This document shows, piece after piece, positions 13,045 to 26,480 of a DNA stretch of 64,000 nt. Every line of letters starts with the position of its first letter. Position 1 is the first letter of the stretch. The stretch is taken from the NCBI RefSeq assembly GCF_009914755.1, contig NC_060926.1; one strand, 5' to 3'. The notes under the pieces were generated by a model that was not told the origin of the DNA, made no database searches, and saw only the letters and a program-made list of their open reading frames with translations. The position numbers were made by a program, and so were the translations under genes. This stretch comes from the human T2T-CHM13v2.0 reference genome, Homo sapiens.

Positions 13045-13262
13045 AAATGTACATATTGCATACTGCTACTTAATGCACACTTAATAGACTACAGTATAGT
13101 GGAAACATAACTTTTATAAGCATTAGGAAACCAAAAAGTGCAAGTGACTTGCTTTATTGTGATACTTGCTTTACTACGGTGGTCTGGAACTGAACCTGTA
13201 AGATCTTGGAAGTATGCTGGTGTATTGCAATGACAGCGAATTTTTTTAAACAGCATTTCTGA

Positions 13263-13599
<337 letters not shown>

Positions 13600-16329
13600 A
13601 CTATTGTTTCAATCTTTCTATAACATTTTCTCTCTAATAGTTGTTTATAGTGGAAACATGGTTCCATTTTCAGTGTATAAGACACTCTCAGTGTTGAAAG
13701 AGAGGAAGAACAGTTATTCAGTGCAGCACTTCTATACAAGTGTAGATTCATTTCTTAGAGTACAGAAGACATAAGACACAGCTTATTTTTAAAAACTACA
13801 AACAAAATTCCACAATGATGGCTGAAAAGTTTTATAACACCTGGCCTTCTTTTTCAAAAATGGTTTTCATAGCTAACAAATAATCATCCAAATGGGATAC
13901 TTTTAATACATTAATTTATAATACATGATTGTTTTGTATATCAGATATACATCAATATTTCAATTTATTAATTTTTAATAAGAAATAAAACTTTCTAGGT
14001 GACTGGGACACATTTTCAATCTTCTCAGCACATTATTTATCAGGAAGAAGGCTGGGGACAGAAGACCAATTGTTTTTTCCTTAGATCATCTTTTTTCCTA
14101 AACTCCAAGTAGACACTCACTATTCTTTTAACATGCAGTTTACTTAGATTTAGTATGTTTATAGAAATACAGATTTTTTAAAACATTATGATCCTAGGCA
14201 TGGTTCATCTGATTGGCTTTTGCATTTATTAAATTTTAATCAGAAATACTTGTAAACTATTTTTAACAGAATACATTTCCTAGACATTAACTTCATTATT
14301 ATATTTAATTCTTCCTCATTTTATGGAAACTTTTACTGTTACAGAATTTATTACCAGTTTGGGGTTTCTTTTTCTCCCTTCCTCTTTACTCATTTCTCTT
14401 TTCTCCCTCTGTCCCTCATGCTTTCTTCTAGTACTGTACTTTTTCTAGTTTTCTTTCTTTTCACCTTTTTGTAAAATTCTATTTTTGTAAAATTCTATTT
14501 TTGTAAGCTGTATTTTAAAACTGATTTTATGTAATATTTGTTCAAATATCATAAGTATTCTAAGTACCTACTTCTATATTTTTAAGTATATAATGTATTG
14601 TTACCTCACACCTGAATTCCAATAATCATAGCAGTATGGGAGTGGGTACTCTTTATAATTTCTTCTTAAATCAGACCAGCATACCTGCATATTCCATGAT
14701 GTCCACACAAGCCATCCATATCAGCATCAAATTAATAACTCTTGGAAGATTTCTTATTATTATTTCTTATTTTTTAAAAAAAATAATGCCTTATTTATAT
14801 ACTATGGTAAGATGGTAGGGAAAATCTATTCACCAAGATTACAATGTAGTCTAATGCAATCACACATCTTCATGCAACTATAAAATAACAAGTCTGAAGA
14901 CAGCAGCAGAACCATGGATAGGTATGAGGGAGCAGAAAAAATATGAAATGTGGGAATTGAACACATGGTGGAACCACTAAAGAAGATCTTGATTTCCCAC
15001 CCCAGGATCTATTACAAGGGAAGTTCTTTGGTGCATATATTTAGAGCTTCTTATTCATATCTAGCAATGGGCTCTTGGGCACACAGCCTGACCTAATATG
15101 TAACCCTAAAATAAACCCTTTATAATTGTAAGTCTTAAACTATTTCTTCAAGGTCAAAAAACCAATGAATGGAACTTGATTTTACTTCTCATGCTTACTG
15201 AAGTTGAAAATTTATCTTTAGTCACTCATTTGAGAGGTACCAATGATTTTTTTCTCAGACATAGGTGTCAACATGTAGTGTTTTTACTTGAGAATAAATT
15301 AGAAAACAATTCTTATAAGATGTCAACTATAGTAATTTTATCATACATATTTTGTCTTTGGGCTGTGAACCACTAAACAAACAATTGAAATGAGATGGGT
15401 TACGGGTACAAGGAAACTTTGATTTCAGATTCTCTTTATACAATGAAAAATTATCATAGCACAAAGCATATTATCTCTAAACTTTCAGTGTTTTAGGGCT
15501 ATTGATAATTGTTCAAGAATAGAATTATCTCAAGAAGTCAAAATATATATCTAGAATTACCACGCCTTGTTATTTTATCTATCAGTGAGAGAAAATAAAC
15601 ACTACAAATTGAATAATTATATGCTATTGCTTTTAGGAAACAACCGAGTTTAAGATATGTCAACATTTTTAAAAAGTGAGCTTAGAATTAGTGAAGTAAG
15701 TTATTTCAAATTTTCACTTCCTCAGCTCCTACTGTGTATAATGAAGACTCCCAGATGTCAGAAAGAGTAGAAGAATATGATGACAAATATATAAATTAAA
15801 TGGTAATAACACAGTTCAAAGGCTAAGCAAATAGTAGATTAAGAATAGTCTTAAAGCCAGTAAATATAAAAACTTGAATAACTATATTTTTCTGCACAAA
15901 CTATAACTATATTTTCAACACAAACATTTATTATAATTTGCATTTAGTTATAAAATCTGAAAAGGTGTATTGATGTAATCAAATAATGAGTTAGTGTAAT
16001 GATTCCTGGAATTAGCTCTTCCTCTCAGAATGGGCCTATCTCATCATGTGAATCATTCCTGCCTGTCTGTGCTAGTTTTACCTCAAAAGGCATTTTGAAC
16101 ACTGTTCAGCATGTGTGTGTGTCCATGCACACGTGTGTGTGAAAATGGTGTTATTGGTAACATCGTTTTGCTTAAGCACAAAAGAAGATAGTGTATACCA
16201 AAGCTATTATTAAAATACATACAGAAATACAATAATAATAATGGAAATGTACTCAAAATCAACTCAATGCAGAACATCATTATTACATACAATGTAAAGA
16301 TTTGCAAAATTCACTGCCAGTTACCACTA

Positions 16330-17196
16330 ATGACTTTTTCTTTGGTAATAGAACCACCAGATTTGAACTGGACCTAAGAAATACTAGAGGAAAGCTTACA
16401 TTTTCTAGTATTTCGTTCTGGGTAGTAGCAGAAACAGGATGAAAGCCCATCCAAAATTTGGTTCATATGTTGAAACTGATGATCACACACACACACATAC
16501 ACACACTCCAATAGTGTGTGAGAAGATGTTACTCACATAATAAGGCTTTCTGGACAGGGCAGTGTGGCTCCTGAACAGGTCAGAAAATCATTTGAGAGAT
16601 CAGTACGCAGACTTGCTTGGGGTTTCTATGGTGTAGGTTTCCTGTGCGTGGGCAGAGGCTTTTATCCTTTGAACCTCCCACTGGATCCAAAGGGGAGAGC
16701 AGCCAGGCTTTCTTTCCGTCTTATCCAGGGGAAAACAGAGAGAGGGGTGAGGCTTAAAAACTGTCAGCGGTCAAACAACAACAGCAACAACAAAAACAAA
16801 GGCATGATCTTTATTATAGTAATAATATAACTTAGTTTTCTGGTCAGGGGAAGTATGCAAATAATATTTTCAACTTCTAGGAAATATCCTTCAAGTATGA
16901 AAGCCCTTCAAAGTCACCATCCCTTTTTTCTTTCCTGCCGGACTGATTGCAGGCTTACTAGTTGGAATTGGAGCTGCCATGGTGAATGACCTTGAGAATC
17001 TTCACCTTGAGAATAGACGCCAGCCCTAGAAAAGCCTTTCAGGAAGGGTCCAGAGTCTTGCTATTGAGGAACATTACCTCCTCAATGCCACTGACTCCTG
17101 GACTTGTACGAGAGTGACAAGTTAACTTCTGTCTTATTGAAGAAACAGTTATTTTTTGTTTGTTGCTCACAGCCAAACTTAGTTTTACCTGTCACA
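16330..17196 (+). mobile_element. MLT1J-like MaLR LTR, split by a nested LTR
   Basis: gtaatagaaccaccagattt...cttacattttctag resumes at ~16830 with gttttctggtca...ggagctgccat...ttaacttctgtctt...cctgtcaca. Confidence 0.6.
16425..16820 (-). mobile_element. ERVL-type LTR (LTR47-like)
   Basis: cccatccaaaatttggttca...ttactcacataataaggctttctgg...gtgaggcttaaaaactgtcagcggtcaaaca; family name from memory. Confidence 0.6.
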
Positions 17197-18728
17197 GCAA
17201 AAAAGATAAGGCATGAGAAAAACATTTCAATATAACTTAGACAGCCTGGAATGAAAATATTCCACTAGTAACCATAGGACACACTTATATCATTTCCCAT
17301 AATATATTTTCCAGAAAGGAGTCTAGTGAGAGTGCAGAAAAGGGAGTGTTGGTAACTACAGGAATGGAAGAGCTTCAAGAAGAGACTATAAAAGTTATGT
17401 TATTACAACAGGTAAAGAGAGAGAGAGGTGAAAGAAGCTGAGAAGAATATTTTTGAAACAGAGAACAAGGGTTTCCTCAGAGGGGATCAAGTAGAGTCTG
17501 GCAGGAATGTAGGAAAAGCAGTCAATGAGACTGGGATGGTAGTTGGATTGTATTATGAAATCATTACTGTTAAGATCATAATATTGTATGGTTTGTATTT
17601 ATCATAAGCCATGGATGCATTAGTAGTTGGCAAGTGGTTTAAATACATAGACCAATATATTAACTAAGTGTTGCAATGAGGTTCTGTTCAATTTGTTTTA
17701 TTATTGACGCTGGAATAGGAGTTAAGGACAGCCGTGAGGATCTTGGACTGAAAATGAATCTGAGAAATAACAGGTTCAAAGAAACTGTCCAGTACCATAC
17801 GCTGCAATAGCTTTCTAAGAGGTGGGAGAAAACAAAACAGATTTGTTCCAATTAATATCCAGCTAAGTATTAGGCAGCACATCTTAACATTACTAAAATG
17901 CATACATAGGGCTGAGCCATAGATGAAACTATATCTATACATGCAGCCAGCATCTGAAAGGTGTTTTTTTTAATAACTAATTGGAACCAGGTTTTTCTTT
18001 CAGTATCGGTTCATCAGGACTGATTAGATAAAGAAAGAATTCCTGTCCTGTGAAGGAAATAGCTATAGAATCAAGATTAAATCAAGGAAAAATCACCTAG
18101 GCAGAAGCGTGTCATTCGAACTAAAGCATGTGCAATAGGGACAGAATAGCAGGAACCAGCCAAACAGAAAATTTCCTCAAATATAATTTCAGGCCAGGGA
18201 TCAATACTAATACATAGTTATGGAAGCTTAGACACATGAAGAAAGAAAAATAAAGATAGAACTATTACATCCTTGGGTGGAAAGTACATTGAGCATGTGA
18301 TGAGACAAACTAGTAGTGTAAATACAAAATACACCATTGCAAGGCACCTCATCTGAGACAATTAGCTCAGTGATTTAATTTTATTCATATTCCCTGGATC
18401 CAGGTAACTTATTATATAATATACAATTTTCCTCACTTGGTACCTTTTCTTCTTTTTCGTATGGTTGTTCTTGATTAGATTTTTTCTGGTCTAGTCCATC
18501 AATTTACCTATTTACCTAATTAGCTATCGAGTTCCCGCTACTACTACATTTACAAATGCCTTGGAGACAGAATGTTTTACTCTAATTTGCAACTCCTAAA
18601 CAACTAAAATTTGTGCATAGTAGCCATTCAAATATATGGAGGAGTTAAATTAAAAAAGATCAAATGCTTCAGAGGTCGATTGCAATGAAGACTTGAAAAA
18701 CAGTGATTTCATGTAACACACTTTTGAG

Positions 18729-18749
18729 AGTACTGTCCATGGTCCTGAG
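18729..18749 (-). promoter_or_regulatory. REST/NRSF RE1 element
   Basis: Minus strand CTCAGGACCATGGACAGTACT vs consensus TTCAGCACCACGGACAGCGCC; both half-sites present with canonical spacing. Confidence 0.6.
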
Positions 18750-18923
18750 TACATCTCTGTGCAAGATGCAGTTTGTGTCTTCTGGGAGTTTACAGAAGGA
18801 TAATAAATCAAACAAAAGATTACAATATGATTAGTGTTCAGAGGAAGATATTATAGGATAATATGGTGTAACAAAATAGTTTAACTAACCCCTAACTCAT
18901 TGAATGTGGTGCTAACAGGTCAC

Positions 18924-19896
18924 TTTATTTGTTTCACATTGCTACTACAACAAATTATTCACAAATTTGGTGGCTTAAAACAATACAAGCTTATGATCTT
19001 ACAACTCTTTAGGTCAGATGCCTGACAGCTGTCTCACTGGGATAAAATCAAAATATTTCCGAGCTGCATTTCCTTCAGGATGCTCTTAGAAAGAATTCGT
19101 TTCTTGACCTTTTTCAGTTCCTAGAAACCACCTGCATTCCTTGGCTAGTGGCTCTCTCATTTCATGTTTGAAGCCAACAATATGGCATACCTCTGACTCA
19201 CCTTCATCATCCCATCTCTTTCTTTTATTTTTTAATTAATTAATTAATTTGAGACAAGGTCTTGCTTTGTTGCCCAAGCTGGAGTGCAGTGGCCATCACA
19301 GCTCACTGCAGCCTCGAACTCCTGGGGCTCAAGCAATCCTCCTGCCTTAGCCTGCTGAGTAGCTGGGCCCACAGACACCCAGTACCACACCTGGCTAATT
19401 TTTTTTCAGTTTTTGAAGACAAGGTCTTACTTTGTTTCTCAGGCTGGACTCAAGCGACCATCCCTTTGTGGCCTCCCAATATGATGGGATTACAGGTGTG
19501 AGCCACTGCATTCAGCCACATCTCTTTTCTTCCAACCATAGCTGCATAAGGTTCTCCACTCTTATGGACTAAGGTTATACTGGAGGCATCCAGATAATCC
19601 AGAATAATTTGCCCATCTCAAAGTCCATAACATTAATCACATCTGAAATATAACTACCTAATTAGCTATCTAATCAATAACTGATTAATTTCTATTCAAC
19701 AATGGTTGGTTCAACTCATCCTAAAACAAATAATAATAAAACATAATATTAAAGGACGAACCACCATGCCCATAAGACATAAGATGTTTATGTCTTATTT
19801 TTAAAGGAGTTAAGTGCTTCACTATAAATGGTAACATATTAGCAGGTACTGAGGATAAGGACATGATAATCTTTGGCCATCATTCTAACTACCATA
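18924..19896 (-). mobile_element. MLT1D-like MaLR LTR with AluJ and ~170-bp non-LTR insertions
   Basis: acaaatttggtggcttaaaacaa...ccacctgcattccttggct...ttaatcacatctg|insert|ggtaacatatt...tctaactaccata. Confidence 0.8.
19224..19517 (-). mobile_element. AluJ
   Basis: Diverged dimer (cacagctcactgcagcctcgaactcctg); TSD-like catctcttt on both sides. Confidence 0.9.
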
Positions 19897-20758
19897 GACA
19901 TTGATACTTCTAGAATATCAGTTTTAGTTCAGTGCATGAAACTAGTTGAGAAATGAGTATGTAATGGAGTAGCAAAAACAATGAGTTTAATACAACATTT
20001 TGCAAAGGAATTGTGGAATAGTGATTTCAGTGTCAAGGGTAGTTTCTTGTTTTCAGTGAATATGTTTATGTACCAAAGGACAAGACATAACTGTATATTC
20101 TAATTCTTTTCTCTATGTGTCACATTTTACTATGGCTATGAGGTCACTAAAATATAAATCCATTGGATGTTGTAGAGTCATTTTAGACATGGCTGAGAAT
20201 GAGTTAAGTTTGTGGCTTTAAAAAATAGTTTATAGTGCTTTTTGATGATTTGCATATCCATATTCCAGATAATGGTAACTTTGTTTTTTCTTGATTATCT
20301 GAGTAGATGTGTAATATCAGGGAGCTATATAAAATAATAAATATATATTTTAGAAAGAAGTAGAATAGTAACAAATTTGTAATTGATTTTTAAAATTTTT
20401 AAACATATCTAAAATTCTTAAGATGTTTATGTCTTTTTTTAAAGGAGTTAAATGCTTATAATGATTCAATGTGTTAGATTTGTAAGTCTGCCGTATTAAA
20501 TTTTCTAGAGAAAAATAAAGTCTATGAAACTTGAAATTTTGGTTTGTAATGTCTAAGGGAACATACTTAATGAAATTTGGAAATCTCATTAAATAATAGA
20601 AAAATTATATCTAAAATATGTAAGTAATCCAAAAATTAGTAAAAAGTGCAAGAAAAAGTGATTGGATTTACATTTACAAGTATTACTATATGTTAAGATT
20701 TTAATTGTCTTTAATAAGAAAATCTATAAGTTGAGTTTAAAAGCTTAACATAACCCAA

Positions 20759-21065
20759 TTTTTTTTTTTTTTTTTTTTTCTTTGAGACAGAGTCTTGCTC
20801 TGTCGCCCAGGCTAGAGTGTAGTGGCATGATCTGGGCTCACTGCAACCTCCACCTCCTGGATTTAAGTGATTCTCCTTCCTCAGCCTCCTGAGTAGCTGG
20901 GATTACAGGCACTCATCACCATGCCTGGCTAATTTTTGTATTTCTAGTAGAGAGGAGGTTTCACCATGTTGGTCAGGCTGGTCTCCAACTCCTGACCTCG
21001 TGATCTGCCCACCTCAGCCTCCCAAAGTGCTGGGATAATACAGGCATGAACCACTGCGCCCAGCC
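20759..21065 (-). mobile_element. AluS
   Basis: Poly-T followed by a full reverse dimer. Confidence 0.93.
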
Positions 21066-21436
21066 CCAAATTTTAAACATGTAACTTGAATGAGTTTACA
21101 ATTCATTAGAACATATATTTAATTGTAAGTATTCTGTTTCATGCTGAAGAGGCTTACTGTAATATTAAAATATTGTTAGTTACAAGGGAATGACAAGATA
21201 TAAAAAACATCATAGTAAGCTAATGTTTATCACAAAAAATTATTATATTAACACAATTTTGAGAAAGGCTAGGTTTTTAACATTAGAGAATTGTGTAAAT
21301 AAATTAACATCTATCTATAAGCTGAAATGCTTAACACTGAAGAATACGAGTCAGTTAAATTAAATGAAAAAATAGTTTGGGATATTACTTGGTTTTATAT
21401 AAAATCACACATATAGGAACACAAAAAGAATATTAG

Positions 21437-21740
<304 letters not shown>

Positions 21741-21879
21741 TTAGAAAAATACATTACTATATTAACTGTGGTCACCATGGATGTGAAAGAGATTGCTGGT
21801 TTTCCTTTATCACTCTTTTTTCTCCTTCCACTTTATTATCAAAATGCAAGCAAGTGTCCATTCAGGATACACACTTCAT

Positions 21880-22190
21880 GTCTGAATCTTACTGTAGCTA
21901 CGTGACAGTATGTCTAAGTGGCAGTTTTTCAGAACCTTCTTTAAGAAAGTCCAGAGTGATTGTTTGGTCTCTTCTTTGTCCCTTTTATTTCTTGTCACCT
22001 AGAATGTGGATGTTGTCATCTTGGAGTACAACATGAGATCAAAGTTATTTGTGGCTGAGCACCAACACAGTTAAAACCTGGATCCCTGACAGCATGCGGT
22101 GAACTGTTACATGTGGGAGAAATAAACTTCCACCTTGTTTAACTCACAAGAGATATCATCATTGGTGCCTATACCTAATTCTAAGTATGT
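21880..22190 (+). mobile_element. MLT1J/K-like LTR fragment
   Basis: cctagaatgtggatg...catcttgg...cctggatccctga...gagaaataaacttccaccttgttta. Confidence 0.5.
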
Positions 22191-23449
22191 AATGAGAATA
22201 CGTTCAATTTTTAAATTTACATTGACCTTTTGTACATTGCCTAGCTTATTGTTAATAATTATTTAATTATAAAATATAAATGAATAGTTCATATTATTTT
22301 AAATAATGTTCTAAGCTCAAAATCACATATAATATTATCTACAATATGAACTAATATCCTGTGAAAGAAAGAAAAAATGTAAATTTCCTTAAACTTCTTG
22401 AATTTTGACATTATTTTAAAATAATGGTTTCTTACCAATACTAATTGAATTATTTTAATATGAATATCCCCTGCAATTAAGATTATTGTTTTACTTAATA
22501 CTGTTTCTCTTAAGGATTTTTGTGATACATTTTAATTTTTTGCACAAATTTCTAAACAATGCACAATAACTCAAAACATTATATATGAAAATAACTTTTC
22601 TAGAAAATAAAAACATTCCTTTTGCTATATTCTATGAAATATATTTTTCATTTTTTAGCAATTTTGAAACATTTTACAATATTTTAATGTCATGTCAGCA
22701 TAAAATTAATAAAATATGCTTAGGTCTTATCAATTGCAAGCTGATTACTTTTGATTCTCATATATAAATTATAATTTGATTTAGCTTTCAATGTCTGTAA
22801 CTTTATTATTTTAAGCTTGTAGTTTCTATTGTTTCATGTTAGTTCTTTTTAAACTTAATTATCATGAAAATTAAAAGAAATAATACTGGGTCTATGTATG
22901 CTCACAGCATGAGTGGTTAAGTGCTTCTTTCAGGTGACTGATATTACAAAGCATGTTTTCAGTGATTATTTATTAATCTCCCACTGTGTGTCAGCTGTGA
23001 TGTTGGGCTGAAAATGCACAAATTAAAATGGTACCGTTTACATGTACTCCTTAGACTCATCACATATTCAGAAGGGGACTCTTATTAAGCTTATGTCATG
23101 ATACATTTTGCATTGCATCATCACAAGTTTAACTCCTTCCTTAATTGCAAGAAATTAAGCAAAATTAGCCATGTATTAGGTTTAAGACAATACATAATTA
23201 TGGATCCCCTAACAGGTCAATCATACTACATTTCTTATTTAAACCTGAATGTTATGAACAATATATAAATGTTGAATTAGTAAAATTACCAAATTAAATT
23301 ATTAAAAAACTAAATAGTCTACTTTTTCATAAGTTGGTAGTATTTACTGAAAGGAAGTGTTTTGTGATTAGGAAAATGTTATTTTCATCGCTAATTTTCA
23401 GATCAAAAGAACTATAATTCTTAACATTTAAATTGAAATTGCTGGAAGT

Positions 23450-23830
23450 AAGTTTATTTAGTTTTTAGTGATATATAATTGCATATATTGATGCGGTATG
23501 TGTGATATTTTGATAGATGCATATGATATAATGATCAAATTAGTGTATATAGGAAATCCATCAACTCAAATGTTTATTACTGGTTTGCATTGGGAACACT
23601 TAAAATCTTCTAGGCATTTTGAAATATATAATAAATTATTAACTCAAGTCACCCTGCTGTGCTACTGAACACTAGAACGTATTCCTTCTATCTGTCTGTT
23701 TGTACCCATTAACCAACCTTACTTCATTCCTCCCCAACACATACACTTTTCCTAGCCTTAGATAACTATCATTTTACTCTCTACCTCAATGACAGCAACA
23801 TTTTTGGCTACCACATATGAGGGAAAACAT
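23450..23830 (-). mobile_element. L1MA-type 3'UTR
   Basis: tgatcaaattagtgta...ttgggaacacttaaaatc...tgtacccattaaccaacc...ccacatatgag. Confidence 0.8.
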
Positions 23831-24362
23831 ACAAAGAAAACAATCAACAATGTAAAGAAACAATCTCTGGAATGGAAGAAAATATTTGCAAAATATTCAT
23901 CTAATAAATGATTAATATATTAACATCCAGAATATACAAGAAACTCAAACAACAGAAAAAAGAAACAAATAATCCCATTAAAAGTGGGCAAAAGATCTGA
24001 CAGATGTTTTTCAAAAGATGACATACACATGGCCAACAGGTATATGAAAAAATACTCAACATCACTAATCATCAGGGAAACACAAATGAAAACCACAGTG
24101 AGATGTCATCTCACCCCAATTAGAATGGCTATTTAAAAATAAAAACAGAATAAAAAATGATGCTGAGGATGCTGAGAAAGGAAAAATCATATACTGTTGG
24201 TGGGGATGTAAATTAGTAGAGCCATTTTGTAAAACAGTATGGAGGTTTCTTAAAAACCTGGAAATAGAACTAGCATGTGATCTGGCAATCCCAATACTGT
24301 GTATTTATTCAAAGGAAAAGAAATCAGTATATCAAAGTAATATATTCACCCCCATATTTATT
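23831..24362 (+). mobile_element. L1M ORF2 C-terminal fragment (inverted partner of preceding 3'UTR)
   Basis: gaaaatatttgcaaa...gtgggcaaaagatctga...caacatcactaatcatcaggg...catatttattg. Confidence 0.85.
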
Positions 24363-24747
24363 GGATATAATTTTTAATGAAAACTGTTAATTATATTTTA
24401 TAAAGTCTCTGGTACACAATTGAGGGGATAATGAATCTTAAAATAGCTCATAATTTTGGAAATATTTTAATCAAAGAGAAAGTAACACTCAGTCTGCTAT
24501 GCTTTTTGCATTAAAAACAAATGAGGTTTGTAAAATTTTGTGGCATTTTGCTAAGACATAGTGGAACCTACTTGCTCCTTCTTACATTTGAAAAGTTTGA
24601 TAATCCTAGTGGTAGATATGTTAGCCCTGCCATACATGGGTGATAGAAACCTCTCAAGAATTATTTTTAAATTAAATAATGTTGTTAATTATCTTCCTCA
24701 AATACCTTAGTAGTCAATATTTTTTCTTTTCCTTTTTTTCTTTACTA

Positions 24748-24902
24748 GGCGGAGCACAGTGGCCCTCACCTGTAGTACCAGCTACTCAGGAGGCTGAGGC
24801 AGGAGTATCCCTGGAACCCATAGCACGCTGTACATGTGCCTGTGAATAGCCACTGAACTCCAACCTGGGAAACATAGCAAGACCTAGTCTCTGAAAAAAA
24901 AA
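24748..24902 (+). mobile_element. FAM (fossil Alu monomer)/7SL-like SINE
   Basis: Contains 7SL/FAM-specific gcctgtgaatagccactg...catagcaagacc and an A tail. Confidence 0.8.
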
Positions 24903-25189
24903 GTAACATATATAAATGCTAATTCTAATATATGATTTCCTGTCTGGGCATCAAATATTTATCAGCCCTCAGTAAACATGGTAGTTATATTAGATATTAA
25001 ATATAAAAATGAATATCCATTTGAAAAGAATAAAAAAGATTCAAGCAATTTATAGGAAGAGTTATATATGACAAAATTTTTAATAGTAATAAAATATTTC
25101 ATTCAAATTGCAAAAGATAAAAAATGTTCAAACAGATAAAGGGTGGAGTTACAAAAGGAAATTTATAAGTCTTTCTCTTTAAAATATTT

Positions 25190-25438
25190 ATTTAGGATAA
25201 TTGATGAGTAAAAAACCATATATATATATTCACACTGTACAACATGATGTTTGGATATATATTTATATATATACATTGTAGAATGGCTAAATCAAGCTAT
25301 TTAACATATGCATTACCTCACATACATATCATTTCTTTGTTGTAAGGCACTTAAAATCTGCTCTCATAGCAATTTAAAAATATACAATATATTGTTATTA
25401 ACTGTTGTCACTATGATATATACAGCAGATCTTTTGAA
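25190..25438 (-). mobile_element. L1MA8/9-type 3' end fragment
   Basis: tgtacaacatgatgttt...aatggctaaatcaagctatttaacatatgcattacctcacatac. Confidence 0.75.
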
Positions 25439-26259
25439 ATTTTTAGAAACAATATATGGAGTACACACACACACACATTTTATTTACACAGATTTTTTTT
25501 ACCTCCACTGCAACACTTTTTTATGATTTCTATTTTTCAGTCCCTTGTCTTCAGAAAAATAACTATTACAGCAATGCAAAGTAAGCAATGTGTCTTAGAT
25601 TTTAACTTTCAAAGAGAACTCCTGAAACTTATTGGTTTAGTGAAAGTGACCAAAAGAAACTGCCAAAATCATCCACAATTCCCTACTCTCAGCGACAGCG
25701 TTAGGCTTGACTAGGCTGGGAAAGGAAATAGCAGAGAGGAAAGTGCAGAGCAAAGAAGGGTGATGTGGAATCTCAGCAAAGGGATCTTACACCCTGTCTA
25801 TTTCCTGAAGTTGAGCCCACCAGATTGGATTCTGGAACACCAGTTCAAACACTGGAACACTTGTGCCTGTTCCCACTTGGTGCTCTGGAAGGGTGGTAAG
25901 CCCTGGGTAGCAAATCTTCTCTCTCTTATGGTATGGGGGCTTAAAGTAAAGATGGCAGAGGGGTGCCTAGGCTCAAGGAGAGAGGAGCTTAATTTGCTTG
26001 TATTCTGAGATGAACAGAGAAGTGGGTGAGAGAGAGAAGGACAGAGACAGTGGCCTGGAAGAGTTTGATGCTAGCAGAATGGATCCTCTAAGCCATAGAC
26101 AAGTGGAACTGGCTACTTCAGAAGACACCATCATGAAGGATGCTGATGATGTCAGCAGGCACCTCTGCAGAGAAGGGCTGACAATCACTGTTACCTTTTC
26201 AGAATATAAGCCCTATTTAAGTAGGATGCTGCTGTATTCCTAGGGCCAACCACACGGTC

Positions 26260-26480
26260 CACACTCAATAAATATTTGTTGATGAATAAATGAATAATAT
26301 ATTAGCATGGAATATGGAGTCTGCTGAGCCTATATTTGAATCCAGAATTTCACTACTTACTAGCTGTATGTTCTCAGTTCAATCATAAGTAAAATGCAAA
26401 TAATTCCTTCCTCAACAATAGGCTCATGAATATAAAGAATTTCACACAGAATTGGGCAAATATAGATACTCAAAAATAAC
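26260..26480 (+). mobile_element. L2 3' tail plus MIR fragment
   Basis: cactcaataaatatttgttgatgaataaatgaa; ttgaatccag...cactacttactagctgtatg. Confidence 0.55.

Larger units (their letters stand above)
10374..13220 (+). mobile_element. Full-length Tigger1 DNA transposon (TcMar-Tigger), interrupted by an Alu
   Basis: ta|caggcata... left TIR and ...gtatgctgg right TIR; ~2.44 kb after removing the Alu; transposase remnants inside. Confidence 0.92.

Noticed and set aside
14467-14506. 16-bp tandem duplication ttttgtaaaattctat
   Set aside because: Simple slippage duplication in AT-rich DNA; unremarkable.
25998-26243. 81-aa ORF with protein-like composition
   Set aside because: No recognisable homology or splice context; lies in a purine-rich, probably old LTR-derived block. 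A BLAST/PhyloCSF hit would reopen it.
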